From: Candidatus Oxydemutator sp.
GTDB taxonomy: Bacteria; Pseudomonadota; Gammaproteobacteria; Poriferisulfidales; Oxydemutatoraceae
Direction of reading: 5' to 3'
DNA: 64,000 nt
Assembly (NCBI GenBank): GCA_965203445.1
Contig: OZ241883.1
Span: forward strand, 960,001 to 1,024,000
The notes under the pieces were generated by a model, which saw only the letters and a program-made list of their open reading frames with translations, ran no database searches and was not told the origin of the DNA. Position 1 is the stretch's first letter, and every line of letters starts with the position of its first letter. This document shows positions 28,540-38,974 of this stretch, in pieces. A program made the translations under genes and the position numbers.

Positions 28540-28644
28540 GGGTTTCGGAGACCACGATCCGGGCAGCGGCCGGTATCAGGTTCGGTTGCGCCGCGATAGT
28601 CGCGGCGATTATCTTTGGTTGATGAAGATGGGCGGTTGACAAGA

Positions 28645-30119
28645 ATGGGCGCAACGCAAGCCGCGCTCCGCTTAGGTTCACCCCACGAAAGGCATCCGCC
28701 CGCCGACGCCGGTCGCCAGGCGCGCGATGCCTTGCGCAGGCGCTTTGACGACCGCCTGGTCGTGCGCGGCGATCTGAACCGCCGCCTGGTTTCGTACCAG
28801 GCCAACAAAGACCGGCCCGGCCTGCGCTGGTTCAAGTACAAGGAAGGATTTTCGGCGCAGCTGGTGCACGACGCCTTGGACGCCGGCACCGGCCCGGTGC
28901 TCGACCCCTTCGCGGGAATTGGGACGACCGTTCTCATCGCGGGCGGCGCCCGGCGCCGCGCCACCGGCATCGAGATCATGCCGATCGGCGCGCGCGTTGC
29001 GCGGGCGATTTCCCACGTGGCCGAGTGTGCGGACTTGGGCGCGGTCGAGAAAACGGCCGCCCGCCTGCTGCGCGCCTTGTCCGGCGGGGAAGCGGACGCC
29101 GCTTTCCGCTTCCCCCACGTCCGCATCACCGCCCGGGCTTTCCCGCCGAAGACGGAGGACGCCATCGCCAAGGCCAGGGCTTTCCTGAGCCGAATCGAAG
29201 ACGAGGCATCCGGATGATCCTCGACGTCGCCTGCATGAGCATCCTGGAAGAGGTCAGCTACACGCGCAAGGACGGACAATACCTTCGGTGGGATTCCCGC
29301 TGTGGTCGCACGCTGCGCGGCGGCATGAACAAGGGCTTCATTCCCGGCTATGCCGAGGCGCTCAAACGGCGTATCGGCGAGATCATGCAGGATGCGCCCG
29401 CATTGGCCCGGTGCTACCGCGGCTGCGCCCCGCGCATCATCGAGGGTTCCGTCCTGCGGGAATTGCCGCGGCTTGCCGATCATTCCGTCGGTCTGACCAT
29501 AACGTCCCCGCCGTACGCAAACCGCTACGACTATACGCGCACCTATGCCCTCGAATTGGCGTGGCTCGGTTACGACCGCGCCGCCTTCGGCGAGTTGCGC
29601 CAAGCGCTCATCAGCGCGACCGTCGAGAATCACTCCAAGGAGCCACTGCTCGAACGCGAATACGCGCGTCCCGAGGTGCTCGCCCAGGCGCGCACCGCGC
29701 TCGCCCGGCAAGCGGCCTTGGCCGAGGTGCTGGACGCCCTGCGCGCCCGCCGCGCCAAACTCGGCAACCCGCACGTAATCCGCCTGGTCGCCAATTACTT
29801 TTCTGAGATGGCGATAGTCATCGCCGAATTGGCGCGCATCACGCGCCCCGGCGGCCGCGTGATCATGGTCAACGACAACGTCCAGTACCACGGCCAGGAA
29901 GTGCCCGTGGATTTGATCCTGTCGTCCGTCGCCGAGGCCTGCGGATTCGTCTGCGAGGAAATCGGCGTCCTGCCGCGCGGCAAAGGCAACGCCAGCCAGC
30001 AGATGGGCCGCTTCGGCCGCCGCGAACTGCGCAAATGCGTATATCGCTGGCGCCTCGCCGAGGGCTCGGGACGACTGATTCCGCGCGTACTTGGGACGCC
30101 TATCAAGAGATGCGCATAG
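28645..30119 (+). pseudogene. Alpha-class N4-cytosine-type DNA methyltransferase, frameshifted near 29205
   Basis: RWFKYKEGFS and LDPFAGIGTT in 28645-29217; SYTRKDGQYLRWD and ITSPPY in the next frame; one added base in GAGGCATCCGG joins them. Confidence 0.82.
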
Positions 30120-30145
30120 AGGCCGGCGGTCGGCGGTTTGTTGAA

Positions 30146-30222
30146 TGGTGGGTCGTACAGGGATCGAACCTGTGACCATCGGATTAAAAGTCCGGTGCTC
30201 TACCTAGCTGAGCTAACGACCC
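30146..30222 (-). tRNA. tRNA-Lys (UUU)
   Basis: GGGTCGTTAGCTCAG...CTTTTAA...GGTTCGATCC...CGACCCACCA cloverleaf with CCA. Confidence 0.97.
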
Positions 30223-30359
30223 GTCGCGCAAACGCGAATTGTACGCACTACGCCGACAAAATCAAAAACAATCCGGCTGATCAGGGCGGCGGTTTTGCGG
30301 GTTTGGTGTTGGCATAAATTATAATCTGCCGTTATCGGGCGCCGGTGCGCCGATCAGTG

Positions 30360-32141
30360 ATGCAGGATCAGATCAAACAATGGCTTACCCATAGCCTGGA
30401 GGCGTTGCGCGCGTCGGGCGTCGTCGTTGCGTCGGCGGAACCCGAAGTCGTGCGCGCCAAAAATCCGGCGCACGGCGATTACGCGAGCAACGTCGCGTTG
30501 GCGCTCGCGGCGGACGGCGGCATGGCGCCGCGCGAGTTGGCGCGGCGGATTGTCGAGGCGCTGCCGTCGGCGCCGATGCTTGCGAAAGCCGAGGTCGCGG
30601 GCCCCGGCTTCATCAACTTTTATCTGAAAGAGGGCGCGGTGGTCGCGGTCGTCGCCGACGTTCTGGCGCAAGGCGCGGCTTACGGGCGCGAACCCGCCGG
30701 CGGGCGCGGGCGCGCGCTGGTCGAGTTTGTGTCGGCCAATCCGACCGGCCCGCTGCACGTCGGCCACGGGCGCGGCGCGGCCTACGGCGCGACGCTTGCG
30801 AATCTGCTCGAGGCCGCCGGCTACGAGGTCGAGCGCGAATACTACGTCAACGACCAGGGGCGGCAGGCCGACGTTCTCGCGTTGTCGGTGTGGCTGCGCT
30901 ATCTCGAATTGTGCGACGGCGCGGGCGATGAAAGCGACGCGAACGGCGCGGACGAGTCCGGCGCCGAATACTACCCGGCCAACGCCTATCAGGGCGACTA
31001 CATCTGGGATCTCGCCGCGGCCGTGCATCGGGCCGCGGGCGAGCGCCTGCGGCGCGACCGCGCCGCGGCCTGCGGTGCCGCGCTTGCGAATCTGCCGGAC
31101 GACGCCGAGGCGCGCCTCGACGCGCTGATCGAAAACGCCAAGGCGCTGCTTGGCGACGATTACCAGACCGTGCTGCGCACCGCGATAGACGTGATGCTCG
31201 AGAGCATCGGCGACGAGTTGCGGCGCTTCGGCGTCACCTACGACCGCTGGTTCTCGGAGCGCGCGCTCGCCGACGCCGGCGGGATCGAGGGCGCCGTCGC
31301 CCGTCTCGACGAGGCCGGCCATCTCTACGACGACGCCGGCGCGCGCTGGTTTTGTTCGTCGTCGTTCGGCGACGACAAGGATCGCGTCGTCGTGCGCGCC
31401 AACGGCCAGACGACCTATTTCGCCGCCGACGTCGCCTACCACCTGAACAAGTTCGAGCGCGGCTACGATCTGATCGTCAACGTCTGGGGCGCCGACCACC
31501 ACGGCTACGTCGCGCGCATCGAGGCCGCGCTGAAGGCGTTGTCGCTCGACGCCGCCAGGCTGCGCACCGTGCTCGTGCAGTTCGTGAACCTGTATCGCGG
31601 CAAGCAGAAGACCGGTATGTCCACGCGCGGCGGCCGCTTCGTGCCGCTTGCGACGCTGCGCCGGGAGATCGGCGCCGACGCCGCGCGCCTGTTCTACGTG
31701 ATGCGCAAATACAACCGCCACGTGGACATAGACGTCGACCTCGCGCGTTCGCGCTCGAGCGACAATCCGGTGTATTACATCCAGTACGCGCACGCGCGCG
31801 TTTGCAGCCTGTTCGAGCAGGCGCGCGCGCGCGGCCTCGACGTCTCGCCGCAGTCGTTTTCGCCCGAGGCGCTGGCCCACGCCGACGAGAGCGAATTGCT
31901 GAAATTCCTGGCGCGCTATCCCGGCGTCGTGCGCGCGGCGGCCGCCGAGATGGAGCCGTACGCGCTGATGAATTACCTGAAACAACTGGCCGCGCACTTC
32001 CACGTCTATTACAACCGCCGCCAGTTTCTGGTGGACGACGAGGCGGTGCGCCGCGCGCGCCTGGCGTTGGCCGCGGCCGTGCGCCAGCTGCTGCACAACG
32101 GCCTGACGCTGTTGGGCGTATCGGCGCCGGAGAAAATGTGA
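30360..32141 (+). CDS. argS: Arginine--tRNA ligase
   Basis: SANPTGPLHVGHGR, WGADHHGY, MSTRGG, YYIQYAHAR. Confidence 0.97.
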   Translation: MQDQIKQWLTHSLEALRASGVVVASAEPEVVRAKNPAHGDYASNVALALAADGGMAPRELARRIVEALPSAPMLAKAEVAGPGFINFYLKEGAVVAVVADVLAQGAAYGREPAGGRGRALVEFVSANPTGPLHVGHGRGAAYGATLANLLEAAGYEVEREYYVNDQGRQADVLALSVWLRYLELCDGAGDESDANGADESGAEYYPANAYQGDYIWDLAAAVHRAAGERLRRDRAAACGAALANLPDDAEARLDALIENAKALLGDDYQTVLRTAIDVMLESIGDELRRFGVTYDRWFSERALADAGGIEGAVARLDEAGHLYDDAGARWFCSSSFGDDKDRVVVRANGQTTYFAADVAYHLNKFERGYDLIVNVWGADHHGYVARIEAALKALSLDAARLRTVLVQFVNLYRGKQKTGMSTRGGRFVPLATLRREIGADAARLFYVMRKYNRHVDIDVDLARSRSSDNPVYYIQYAHARVCSLFEQARARGLDVSPQSFSPEALAHADESELLKFLARYPGVVRAAAAEMEPYALMNYLKQLAAHFHVYYNRRQFLVDDEAVRRARLALAAAVRQLLHNGLTLLGVSAPEKM

Positions 32142-32698
32142 CCTCGCCGCGGGACTACAAGGCATCGCGCCCGCGCATGGGCGCGGGCGCTCTCCGCGCG
32201 AACGTCGCGGGCGGTCGCCTGCGTTTCGCCGCGGGCGCGGTTTTCGGGCTGTCGTTGGGATTGTGCGCCGCCGTCGCCGTCCACCTGTACCATCGCGCGC
32301 AGGCGCCCGCCGACGCGACGGCAACCGCCGACGCCGCCCGCGAAGCGCCGGCGGCCGCCGCCGAGGGCGACGAAATCCACTACGATTTTTTTGACCTGCT
32401 ACCCGGCTTCAAGCTGGAGATTCCGCCGCCCGACGGGGACGCGGACGACATACCCGCGGCGCGCGCCGGCAGCAGGTTCATCCTGCAGGCCGGCGCCTTC
32501 AAGGAGCGCGAACAGGCGCAGCGGCAGCGGCAGCAACTGGTCGGCATGGGCTACCGCGCCGGCGTGCACAAGTTTCGCGCCGCCGGCGCGGACTGGCATC
32601 GCGTCTGGATCGGGCCCTACCCGGAATTGGCGCGCGCCAACGAGGCGCGCCTTGCGCTGAAGGAAAAAGGCATCGAAACCCTGCTGACCGGACATTGA
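32138..32698 (+). CDS. SPOR-domain cell division protein (FtsN-like)
   Basis: TM segment, YDFFDLLP, LQAGAF, WHRVWIGPY; usual position after argS. Confidence 0.85.
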   Translation: MTSPRDYKASRPRMGAGALRANVAGGRLRFAAGAVFGLSLGLCAAVAVHLYHRAQAPADATATADAAREAPAAAAEGDEIHYDFFDLLPGFKLEIPPPDGDADDIPAARAGSRFILQAGAFKEREQAQRQRQQLVGMGYRAGVHKFRAAGADWHRVWIGPYPELARANEARLALKEKGIETLLTGH

Positions 32699-33669
32699 CG
32701 GACACCGGTCCGGGCAAGACCGCGACGAGCCACGTGCACGTGACCGACACAAAGAGGGCCGACGGCAGGTACTACACGCGCGGCAATCCTTTCGGCAATA
32801 CGCCGTTTCAGGAGTGGGCGCGTCGGGCCGGATTGCCGCGCGGGCGCGTTCTTGAACCGTTTGCGGGCGCCAACGGCCTGATAAAGATGCTTGCTGGCAT
32901 GGGGATCTGCGAACGTTCTTCGGCGTTCGATATTTCCCCGGCGGATGCCGACGTCGAGCGACGCGACACGCTGCGGGACTTCCCGCGGGGCTACGACATA
33001 TGCGTTACCAATCCGCCCTGGCTGGCAAAAAACAGCGCCACTGTACGGGGGTTGGCGTTTCCGCAGTGCCAATACGATGATCTGTACAAATACGCGCTCG
33101 GGAAGTGTCTGGACAACTGCTCCTACGTCGCCGCCCTGATCCCCGAATCATTCATCACCGCCAATCTGTTCCAGGACCGATTGCAGTCCTTCGTCTCGCT
33201 GACCGCCAGGATGTTTTGTGAAACGGGGCATCCAGCGGGACTTGCGTTGTTCGTTCCCGATCCGGTTGACGACGTCGAGGTATGGTCCGGCACCGAGCGG
33301 GTCGGCCCATTATCACTGTTGAGAAAGCGCAAGCCACAACCGGAGAAGGACGGTATCAATGTCAAGTTTAACGCCGTCGCCGGCAACGTCGGGCTGATCG
33401 CCCTCGACAATACCCGGGAAGCATCCATACGGTTTTGCGACGTCGCGGAGTTGGCAGGCTACCGAGTCAAACCCACCGGGCGCCATATAACCAAACTGAT
33501 GGTTGACGGCCCGATAAGAATTGCCGAATGGAACGGGATCATCAAAGAGTTTCGGGACAAGACCTGCGACGTGCTGATGACCTGTTACAAGGGGATCAGA
33601 AAAGACGGCAAGTATCGGCGCCGCTGCGATTGGTCGCTTGCGCGTGGCGTTATCCATGATGTCGGCTGA
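32695..33669 (+). CDS. Orphan N6-adenine DNA methyltransferase
   Basis: GRYYT, LEPFAGAN, CVTNPPW, DDLYK. Confidence 0.8.
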   Translation: MTDTGPGKTATSHVHVTDTKRADGRYYTRGNPFGNTPFQEWARRAGLPRGRVLEPFAGANGLIKMLAGMGICERSSAFDISPADADVERRDTLRDFPRGYDICVTNPPWLAKNSATVRGLAFPQCQYDDLYKYALGKCLDNCSYVAALIPESFITANLFQDRLQSFVSLTARMFCETGHPAGLALFVPDPVDDVEVWSGTERVGPLSLLRKRKPQPEKDGINVKFNAVAGNVGLIALDNTREASIRFCDVAELAGYRVKPTGRHITKLMVDGPIRIAEWNGIIKEFRDKTCDVLMTCYKGIRKDGKYRRRCDWSLARGVIHDVG

Positions 33670-33709
33670 ACACGTGCCGAAACTCTGTTCACCGAAGTGC
33701 CTTGCTAAA

Positions 33710-33846
33710 CGCACAAAAACAGTGCACAATTTACTCTGATTGCACTGATATAGTGCAGATTGCGTCTGTAGCGCCAGTATTGCCGTCTGATTCGGGCCGG
33801 AAGACACTCTGGCACAATGCAAAAAGAGGATTGGCATGATACTCGC
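33710..33846 (+). promoter_or_regulatory. glnA promoter: two NtrC boxes and a sigma54 -24/-12 element
   Basis: CGCACAAAAACAGTGCA (33710), TGCACTGATATAGTGCA (33741); TGGCATGATACTCGC GG-N10-GC (33832-33846). Confidence 0.85.
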
Positions 33847-33904
33847 TTAATAATCGTAGAGGAGTATCCCTCCGCAAAAGATCCAATCCCTATCAGGAGT
33901 TGCA

Positions 33905-35314
33905 ATGTCTTCACAAAATGTATTGAAAATGATCGAGGACAACGACGTCAAGTTCGTTGATCTTCGTTTCACCGACACGCGCGGCAAGGAGCAGCACGTG
34001 ACGGTACCCGCGGCCGTCATAGACGAGCGGTTCTTCGTGGACGGCAAGATGTTCGACGGTTCCTCCATTGCCGGCTGGAAGCACATCGAGGAGTCGGACA
34101 TGGTGCTGATACCGGACACCGGCACCGCGGTCATGGATCCGTTCTTCAACGACCCGACGCTGCTTTTGCGGTGCAGCGTCAAGGAACCGAAGACGATGGA
34201 GCCGTACGACAGGGACCCGCGTTCGATCGCGGAACTCGCGGAGCGCTACCTGGCGGACAGCGGTATCGCCGACGTCGCCTACTTCGGCCCCGAACCGGAG
34301 TTTTTCGTGTTCGACGACGTGCGCTGGCACGACAGTTACGGTTCGACCTCGTACATGGTGGATTCCGACGAGGCCGCGTGGAATTCCGGCAAGCCCTATG
34401 AGGAGGGCAACATCGGCCACCGCCCGCCGATCAAGGGCGGTTATTTTCCGGTGCCGCCGGTGGACTCGCTGCAAGACGTGCGCTCGGCGATCTGCACCGT
34501 GCTGGGCGAGATGGGCGTGGTCACCGAGGTGCACCACCACGAGGTCGGCACCGCCGGGCAATGCGAGATCGGCACCAAGTACGACTCGCTGACGCGGCGC
34601 GCCGACATGAACCAGATCCTCAAGTACGTGGTGCTGAACGTCTCGCACAACTACGGCAAGACCGCGACCTTCATGCCCAAGCCCATCGTCGGCGACAACG
34701 GCAGCGGCATGCACGTGCACCAGTCGCTGTTCAAGGACGGCAAGAATCTGTTCGTCGGCGACGGCTACGCCGGATTGTCGGAGACCGCGCTGTTCTACGT
34801 CGGCGGCATCCTCAAGCACGCGCGCACGCTCAACGCCTTCACCAACGCCGCCACCAACAGCTACAAGCGCCTGGTGCCGGGCTTCGAGGCGCCGGCGCTG
34901 CTGGTCTATTCCGAGCGCAACCGCTCGGCGGCGGTGCGCGTACCGCTGGTGCCGCACGCCCAAAGCCGTCGCGTCGAGGTGCGCTTTCCGGACTCCGCCG
35001 GCAACCCGTATCTGACGTTCGCGTCCATGCTGATGGCCGGCCTAGACGGCATCATCAACCGTATCCACCCGGGCGAGGCGCACGGCGAGGACATGTACGC
35101 GCTGACGCCCGAGGAGGAGGCGAAAATTCCGACGGTGTGCGCGACGCTGCACGACGCGCTGCACGAACTCGACGGCGACCGCGAATTTCTGAAGGCCGGC
35201 GGCGTCTTCAGCGACGACGCGATTGACGGCTACATCGAGTTGAAGCGCGACGAAGTGGCGCGCATACGCACCGCGACGCACCCCGCCGAATACGACATGT
35301 ACTACAGCTGCTGA
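33905..35314 (+). CDS. glnA: Glutamine synthetase type I
   Basis: FDGSS, HHHEV, FMPKP...[20 protein letters not shown]. Confidence 0.98.
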   Translation: MSSQNVLKMIEDNDVKFVDLRFTDTRGKEQHVTVPAAVIDERFFVDGKMFDGSSIAGWKHIEESDMVLIPDTGTAVMDPFFNDPTLLLRCSVKEPKTMEPYDRDPRSIAELAERYLADSGIADVAYFGPEPEFFVFDDVRWHDSYGSTSYMVDSDEAAWNSGKPYEEGNIGHRPPIKGGYFPVPPVDSLQDVRSAICTVLGEMGVVTEVHHHEVGTAGQCEIGTKYDSLTRRADMNQILKYVVLNVSHNYGKTATFMPKPIVGDNGSGMHVHQSLFKDGKNLFVGDGYAGLSETALFYVGGILKHARTLNAFTNAATNSYKRLVPGFEAPALLVYSERNRSAAVRVPLVPHAQSRRVEVRFPDSAGNPYLTFASMLMAGLDGIINRIHPGEAHGEDMYALTPEEEAKIPTVCATLHDALHELDGDREFLKAGGVFSDDAIDGYIELKRDEVARIRTATHPAEYDMYYSC

Positions 35315-35336
35315 ACGCGCCGCGCCGAGGAAACGG

Positions 35337-36404
35337 ATGCCTGAGGCGGCCGCTCGCGACGTCGACGAGGCGCACCTGCTACAGCAGCTGTCGTCGCCGG
35401 TGCTGCTGTTCGACCGCGGCCTGAGGCTCAGGTTTCTGAACCCCGCGGCCGAGGATCTGCTCGGCAGCAGCGTGCAGCGCTGCCTCGGGCGCTCGTTGGA
35501 CGAGCTGTTCAACGGCGCCTCCTCGGAGTTGGCGCGTTGCGCGAAGGCGGCGCTCGACAGCGGCGCCACTTATACCGAGCGCGCGTTCGAGATGCCGGTC
35601 GCCCCCGGTTGCGAGACGACCGTGGATTGCACGATCACGCCGCTCACCGACGATCGAGGCGTCGTCGTCGAGCTGGTGTCCCTAGACCGCCAGCTGCAGA
35701 TCCGCCGAGGCGAGGACTGGTTCAACCGCCAAGCGGCGCTGCGCACGCTGTGGCGCGAGATCGCCCACGAGGTCAAGAACCCGCTGGCCGGCATCCGCGG
35801 CGCCGCGCAACTGCTCGAGCGCGAACTTCCCGACGACGACCTGCGCGAATACACCCGCGTCATCATCGGCGAGGTGGATCGTCTGCGCGACCTGGTGGAC
35901 GGGCTGCTGGGGCCGAACCGCCCGCCGAAACTGGGGCGTATCAATCTGCACGAGGCGCTCGAACGGGTACACCTGCTGATCCAGGCCGAGGCGCCGGCGA
36001 CGGTGCGGATCGAGCGCGACTACGACCCGAGCATTCCGCCGTTGCAGGCCGACAAGAACCTGCTGGTGCAGGCATTTATGAACCTCGCCAGAAACGCGTT
36101 GCAGGCCGTCGGCGACGAGGGCCGCGTCACGCTCAAGAGCCGCGTCGAGAGGCAGTTTGTGATTCACGCAAAGCGCCACCGCCTGGTGGCGCGCGCCGCG
36201 GTCGCGGACGACGGCCCCGGCATCCCCGACGACGTCGCCGACCGCATCTTCTACCCGTTGATCTCGAGCCGTGAAAACGGCAGCGGTCTCGGCCTGCCGA
36301 TCGCGCAATCCGCGGTGAGCCAGCACGGCGGCCTGATCGAGTGGCGCTCGCGCCCGGGATGTACCGAGTTCAGCGTGATCCTGCCGATTCCGGAGGCCGC
36401 GTGA
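35337..36404 (+). CDS. glnL: Nitrogen regulation histidine kinase NtrB
   Basis: PAS domain, AHEVKNPLAGIRGAAQLL, RDYDPSIP, GSGLGL. Confidence 0.95.
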   Translation: MPEAAARDVDEAHLLQQLSSPVLLFDRGLRLRFLNPAAEDLLGSSVQRCLGRSLDELFNGASSELARCAKAALDSGATYTERAFEMPVAPGCETTVDCTITPLTDDRGVVVELVSLDRQLQIRRGEDWFNRQAALRTLWREIAHEVKNPLAGIRGAAQLLERELPDDDLREYTRVIIGEVDRLRDLVDGLLGPNRPPKLGRINLHEALERVHLLIQAEAPATVRIERDYDPSIPPLQADKNLLVQAFMNLARNALQAVGDEGRVTLKSRVERQFVIHAKRHRLVARAAVADDGPGIPDDVADRIFYPLISSRENGSGLGLPIAQSAVSQHGGLIEWRSRPGCTEFSVILPIPEAA

Positions 36405-37810
36405 GCACCTCGGTCTGGATAGTAGATGACGACCAGTCGCTGCGCTGGGTGCTGGAGCAGGCGTTTCGCAAGGCCGGTATGAATCCGACCGGCTTCGATT
36501 CGGCCAAGCGCGCGCTCGAGGTGCTCGACAAGGAAGGTGCGAACGCCGCGCCCGACGCGGTGCTTGCCGATATTCGCATGCCGGAGATGGACGGCTTCGA
36601 GTTTTTGCGCGAGGTGCGCGGGCGCCTCCCGGAGCTGCCGGTCGTGATCATGACCGCGCACTCGGACTTGGAGAACGCGATTGATTCGTACAAGGGCGGG
36701 GCGTTCGAGTATCTGCCGAAGCCGCTCGACCTCGACCAAGCCGTCGAGATCGCGCGCCGCGCCGCGGCGCGGCGACGCGCCGGTGGCGACGCCGTCGGCG
36801 ACGGCGCGCGTGCGCCGCACTCCGAAATCATCGGCGCGACGCCGGCGATGCAGGAAGTCTTCAAGATCGTCGGGCGCGCCGCGCGCACCGACGTCACGGT
36901 GATGATTACCGGCGAGTCGGGTACCGGCAAGGAGCTGATAGCGCGCGCGCTGCACCAGCACAGCGCGCGTTCCGACAAACCGTTCGTCGCGATCAACAGC
37001 TCGGCGATCCCGCACGATCTGCTCGAATCGGAACTGTTCGGCTACGAGAAAGGCGCGTTCACCGGTGCCCAGGCGCGCCACCCAGGGCGCTTCGAGCAGG
37101 CCGACGGCGGCATCTTGTTCCTGGACGAGATCGGCGACATGCCGGTCACGCTGCAAAGCAAGCTGCTGCGCGTGCTCGAGGACGGCAGTTTCTACCGCAT
37201 CGGCGGGCGCACCGCGGTCAAGGTGGACGTACGCATCGTCTGCGCCACGCACCGCGACCTCGAGCAATGGGTCGCCGACGGCCTGTTCCGCGAGGACTTG
37301 TGGCATCGTCTGAACGTGATCCGCGTCGAGATGCCGCCGTTGCGCGCGCGCCGCGACGACGTGCCGGGCCTGGTCGCACACTTCATGACCGACGCCGCGC
37401 GCCAGCTCGGTGCGGAAGACAAAACGGTGGCGCCGCCGGTGATGGATTATTTGAAGAGTCTGCCGTGGCGCGGCAACGTGCGCCAAGTGCGCAACGTCTG
37501 CACGTGGCTGACCGTGATGACGGTCGGCAAGGAGGTGCACATGCAGGATCTGCCGAAGGAACTGGTCGCCGACGCCGCGCCGCGTCGCCAGGGCGAGAAA
37601 TGGACGCAGGAATTGTTCGAGGCGGCGCGGCAGCGCTTGTCGCGGACCGGCACCGCCGACCTGCTGGACGAACTGCGCCCGATGTTCGAGGCCACCTTGA
37701 TCCGCGCCGCCCTCGAAAAGACCGGCGGCAAAAAAAACGAGGCCGCGGCGCTGCTCGGCTGGGGCCGCAACACCATCACCAAAAAAATACGCGAATTAGC
37801 CCTGGACTGA
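36401..37810 (+). CDS. glnG: Nitrogen regulation response regulator NtrC
   Basis: Receiver domain, [25 protein letters not shown]. Confidence 0.96.
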   Translation: MSTSVWIVDDDQSLRWVLEQAFRKAGMNPTGFDSAKRALEVLDKEGANAAPDAVLADIRMPEMDGFEFLREVRGRLPELPVVIMTAHSDLENAIDSYKGGAFEYLPKPLDLDQAVEIARRAAARRRAGGDAVGDGARAPHSEIIGATPAMQEVFKIVGRAARTDVTVMITGESGTGKELIARALHQHSARSDKPFVAINSSAIPHDLLESELFGYEKGAFTGAQARHPGRFEQADGGILFLDEIGDMPVTLQSKLLRVLEDGSFYRIGGRTAVKVDVRIVCATHRDLEQWVADGLFREDLWHRLNVIRVEMPPLRARRDDVPGLVAHFMTDAARQLGAEDKTVAPPVMDYLKSLPWRGNVRQVRNVCTWLTVMTVGKEVHMQDLPKELVADAAPRRQGEKWTQELFEAARQRLSRTGTADLLDELRPMFEATLIRAALEKTGGKKNEAAALLGWGRNTITKKIRELALD

Positions 37811-37963
37811 CCGTCGGTGTTCGCCCATTCGCCGACGGGCGGTTGTTGCGCGACGCGCACCCCGCGCCGTGGTCGCTCAACGCCGTTGCGCCGGCGAATC
37901 AGTGAACTTTTACGGGAATGACGAACCTCAGGGGGCGGGGAGTCGGGGGCGCCGGGGCGCGTG

Positions 37964-38911
37964 TCACTCGTGCAGGCGCAGGGAACCGATCAGGTCGGTG
38001 ACGCGGGCGATGCCGTGCTCGTCCAGGTAGGACGCGATCTCGCGGTTGACGTTCCGGCACAGCAGCGGGTCGTAAAACAGCCCGGTGCCTATGCCGACCG
38101 CACTGGCACCCGCAATCAAAAACTCGATTGCGTCGCGTCCGCAGGTGACGCCGCCCTGGCCGATAATCGGCGTCGCGTGCGCCTTGCACACCTGATACAC
38201 CTCCCACACCTTGAGCAGCGCGATCGGCTTGATCGCGGCCCCCGACAGGCCGCCCCGGTTGCCGCCTAACACCGGCGTGCGGGTGTGCACGTCTATCGCC
38301 AGGCCGGCGACCGTGTTGATCACGGCGAACGCGTCGCTGCCGGCCTCGAGGCAGCGGCGCGCGTTTTCGGCGACGTCGGTCTGGTTCGGCGACAGCTTGG
38401 TGATCAGCGGCTTGCGCGTCGCCCGGCGGCAAGCCTCGACGACCCGCGCCGACGCCTCCGGGTAATTGCCGAACTCGACGCCGCCCTTGCGCACGTTCGG
38501 GCACGAGACGTTGATCTCGATCGCGTCTATCGGCGTGTCGTCGAGACGCCGCGCGATCTCGCCGTACTCCTCGACGGTCGAACCGCAGACGTTGGCGACG
38601 AAGCGCGTCTCGCCGAAGTCGAGCGCCGGCAGAACGTCGTTGATCAGGGCCTCGACCCCCGGGTTTTGCAGGCCGATGGAGTTGAGCAGGCCGTCCGGCG
38701 TCTCCGCCAAGCGGTGCGGTTGGTTGCCGAGCCTGGGTGCGAGCGTCGTTCCCTTCAGGCACACGGCGCCGACGTCGCGGTGCGAGAAACCCGCGACGCG
38801 GGTGTATTCGTCGCCGAACCCGACGCAGCCCGACAGCAGAACCAGCGGACTGCCGAAGTGCAGACCGCAAAAATCAACGGCCAGTTTGGAATAATCGTCG
38901 CCGCGCGCCAT
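37964..38911 (-). CDS. pyrD: Dihydroorotate dehydrogenase, class 1B-type catalytic subunit
   Basis: LNSIGLQNPG, EINVSCPN, KLSPN, GGLSG. Confidence 0.9.
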   Translation of the reverse strand: MARGDDYSKLAVDFCGLHFGSPLVLLSGCVGFGDEYTRVAGFSHRDVGAVCLKGTTLAPRLGNQPHRLAETPDGLLNSIGLQNPGVEALINDVLPALDFGETRFVANVCGSTVEEYGEIARRLDDTPIDAIEINVSCPNVRKGGVEFGNYPEASARVVEACRRATRKPLITKLSPNQTDVAENARRCLEAGSDAFAVINTVAGLAIDVHTRTPVLGGNRGGLSGAAIKPIALLKVWEVYQVCKAHATPIIGQGGVTCGRDAIEFLIAGASAVGIGTGLFYDPLLCRNVNREIASYLDEHGIARVTDLIGSLRLHE

Positions 38912-38974
38912 CGCCGCGCGCCATGATACCATTGCCGGAGTATTTTCTCCCTCGTCCGAACCAGAATAATTGCC

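Noticed and set aside
29215-29217. Selenocysteine or read-through at the MTase TGA
   Set aside because: The continuation is in a different frame, so it is a frameshift
30119-30222. tRNA-Lys as att site of an integrative island
   Set aside because: I found no duplicate of the tRNA 3' end and no integrase in the window; adjacency alone is insufficient
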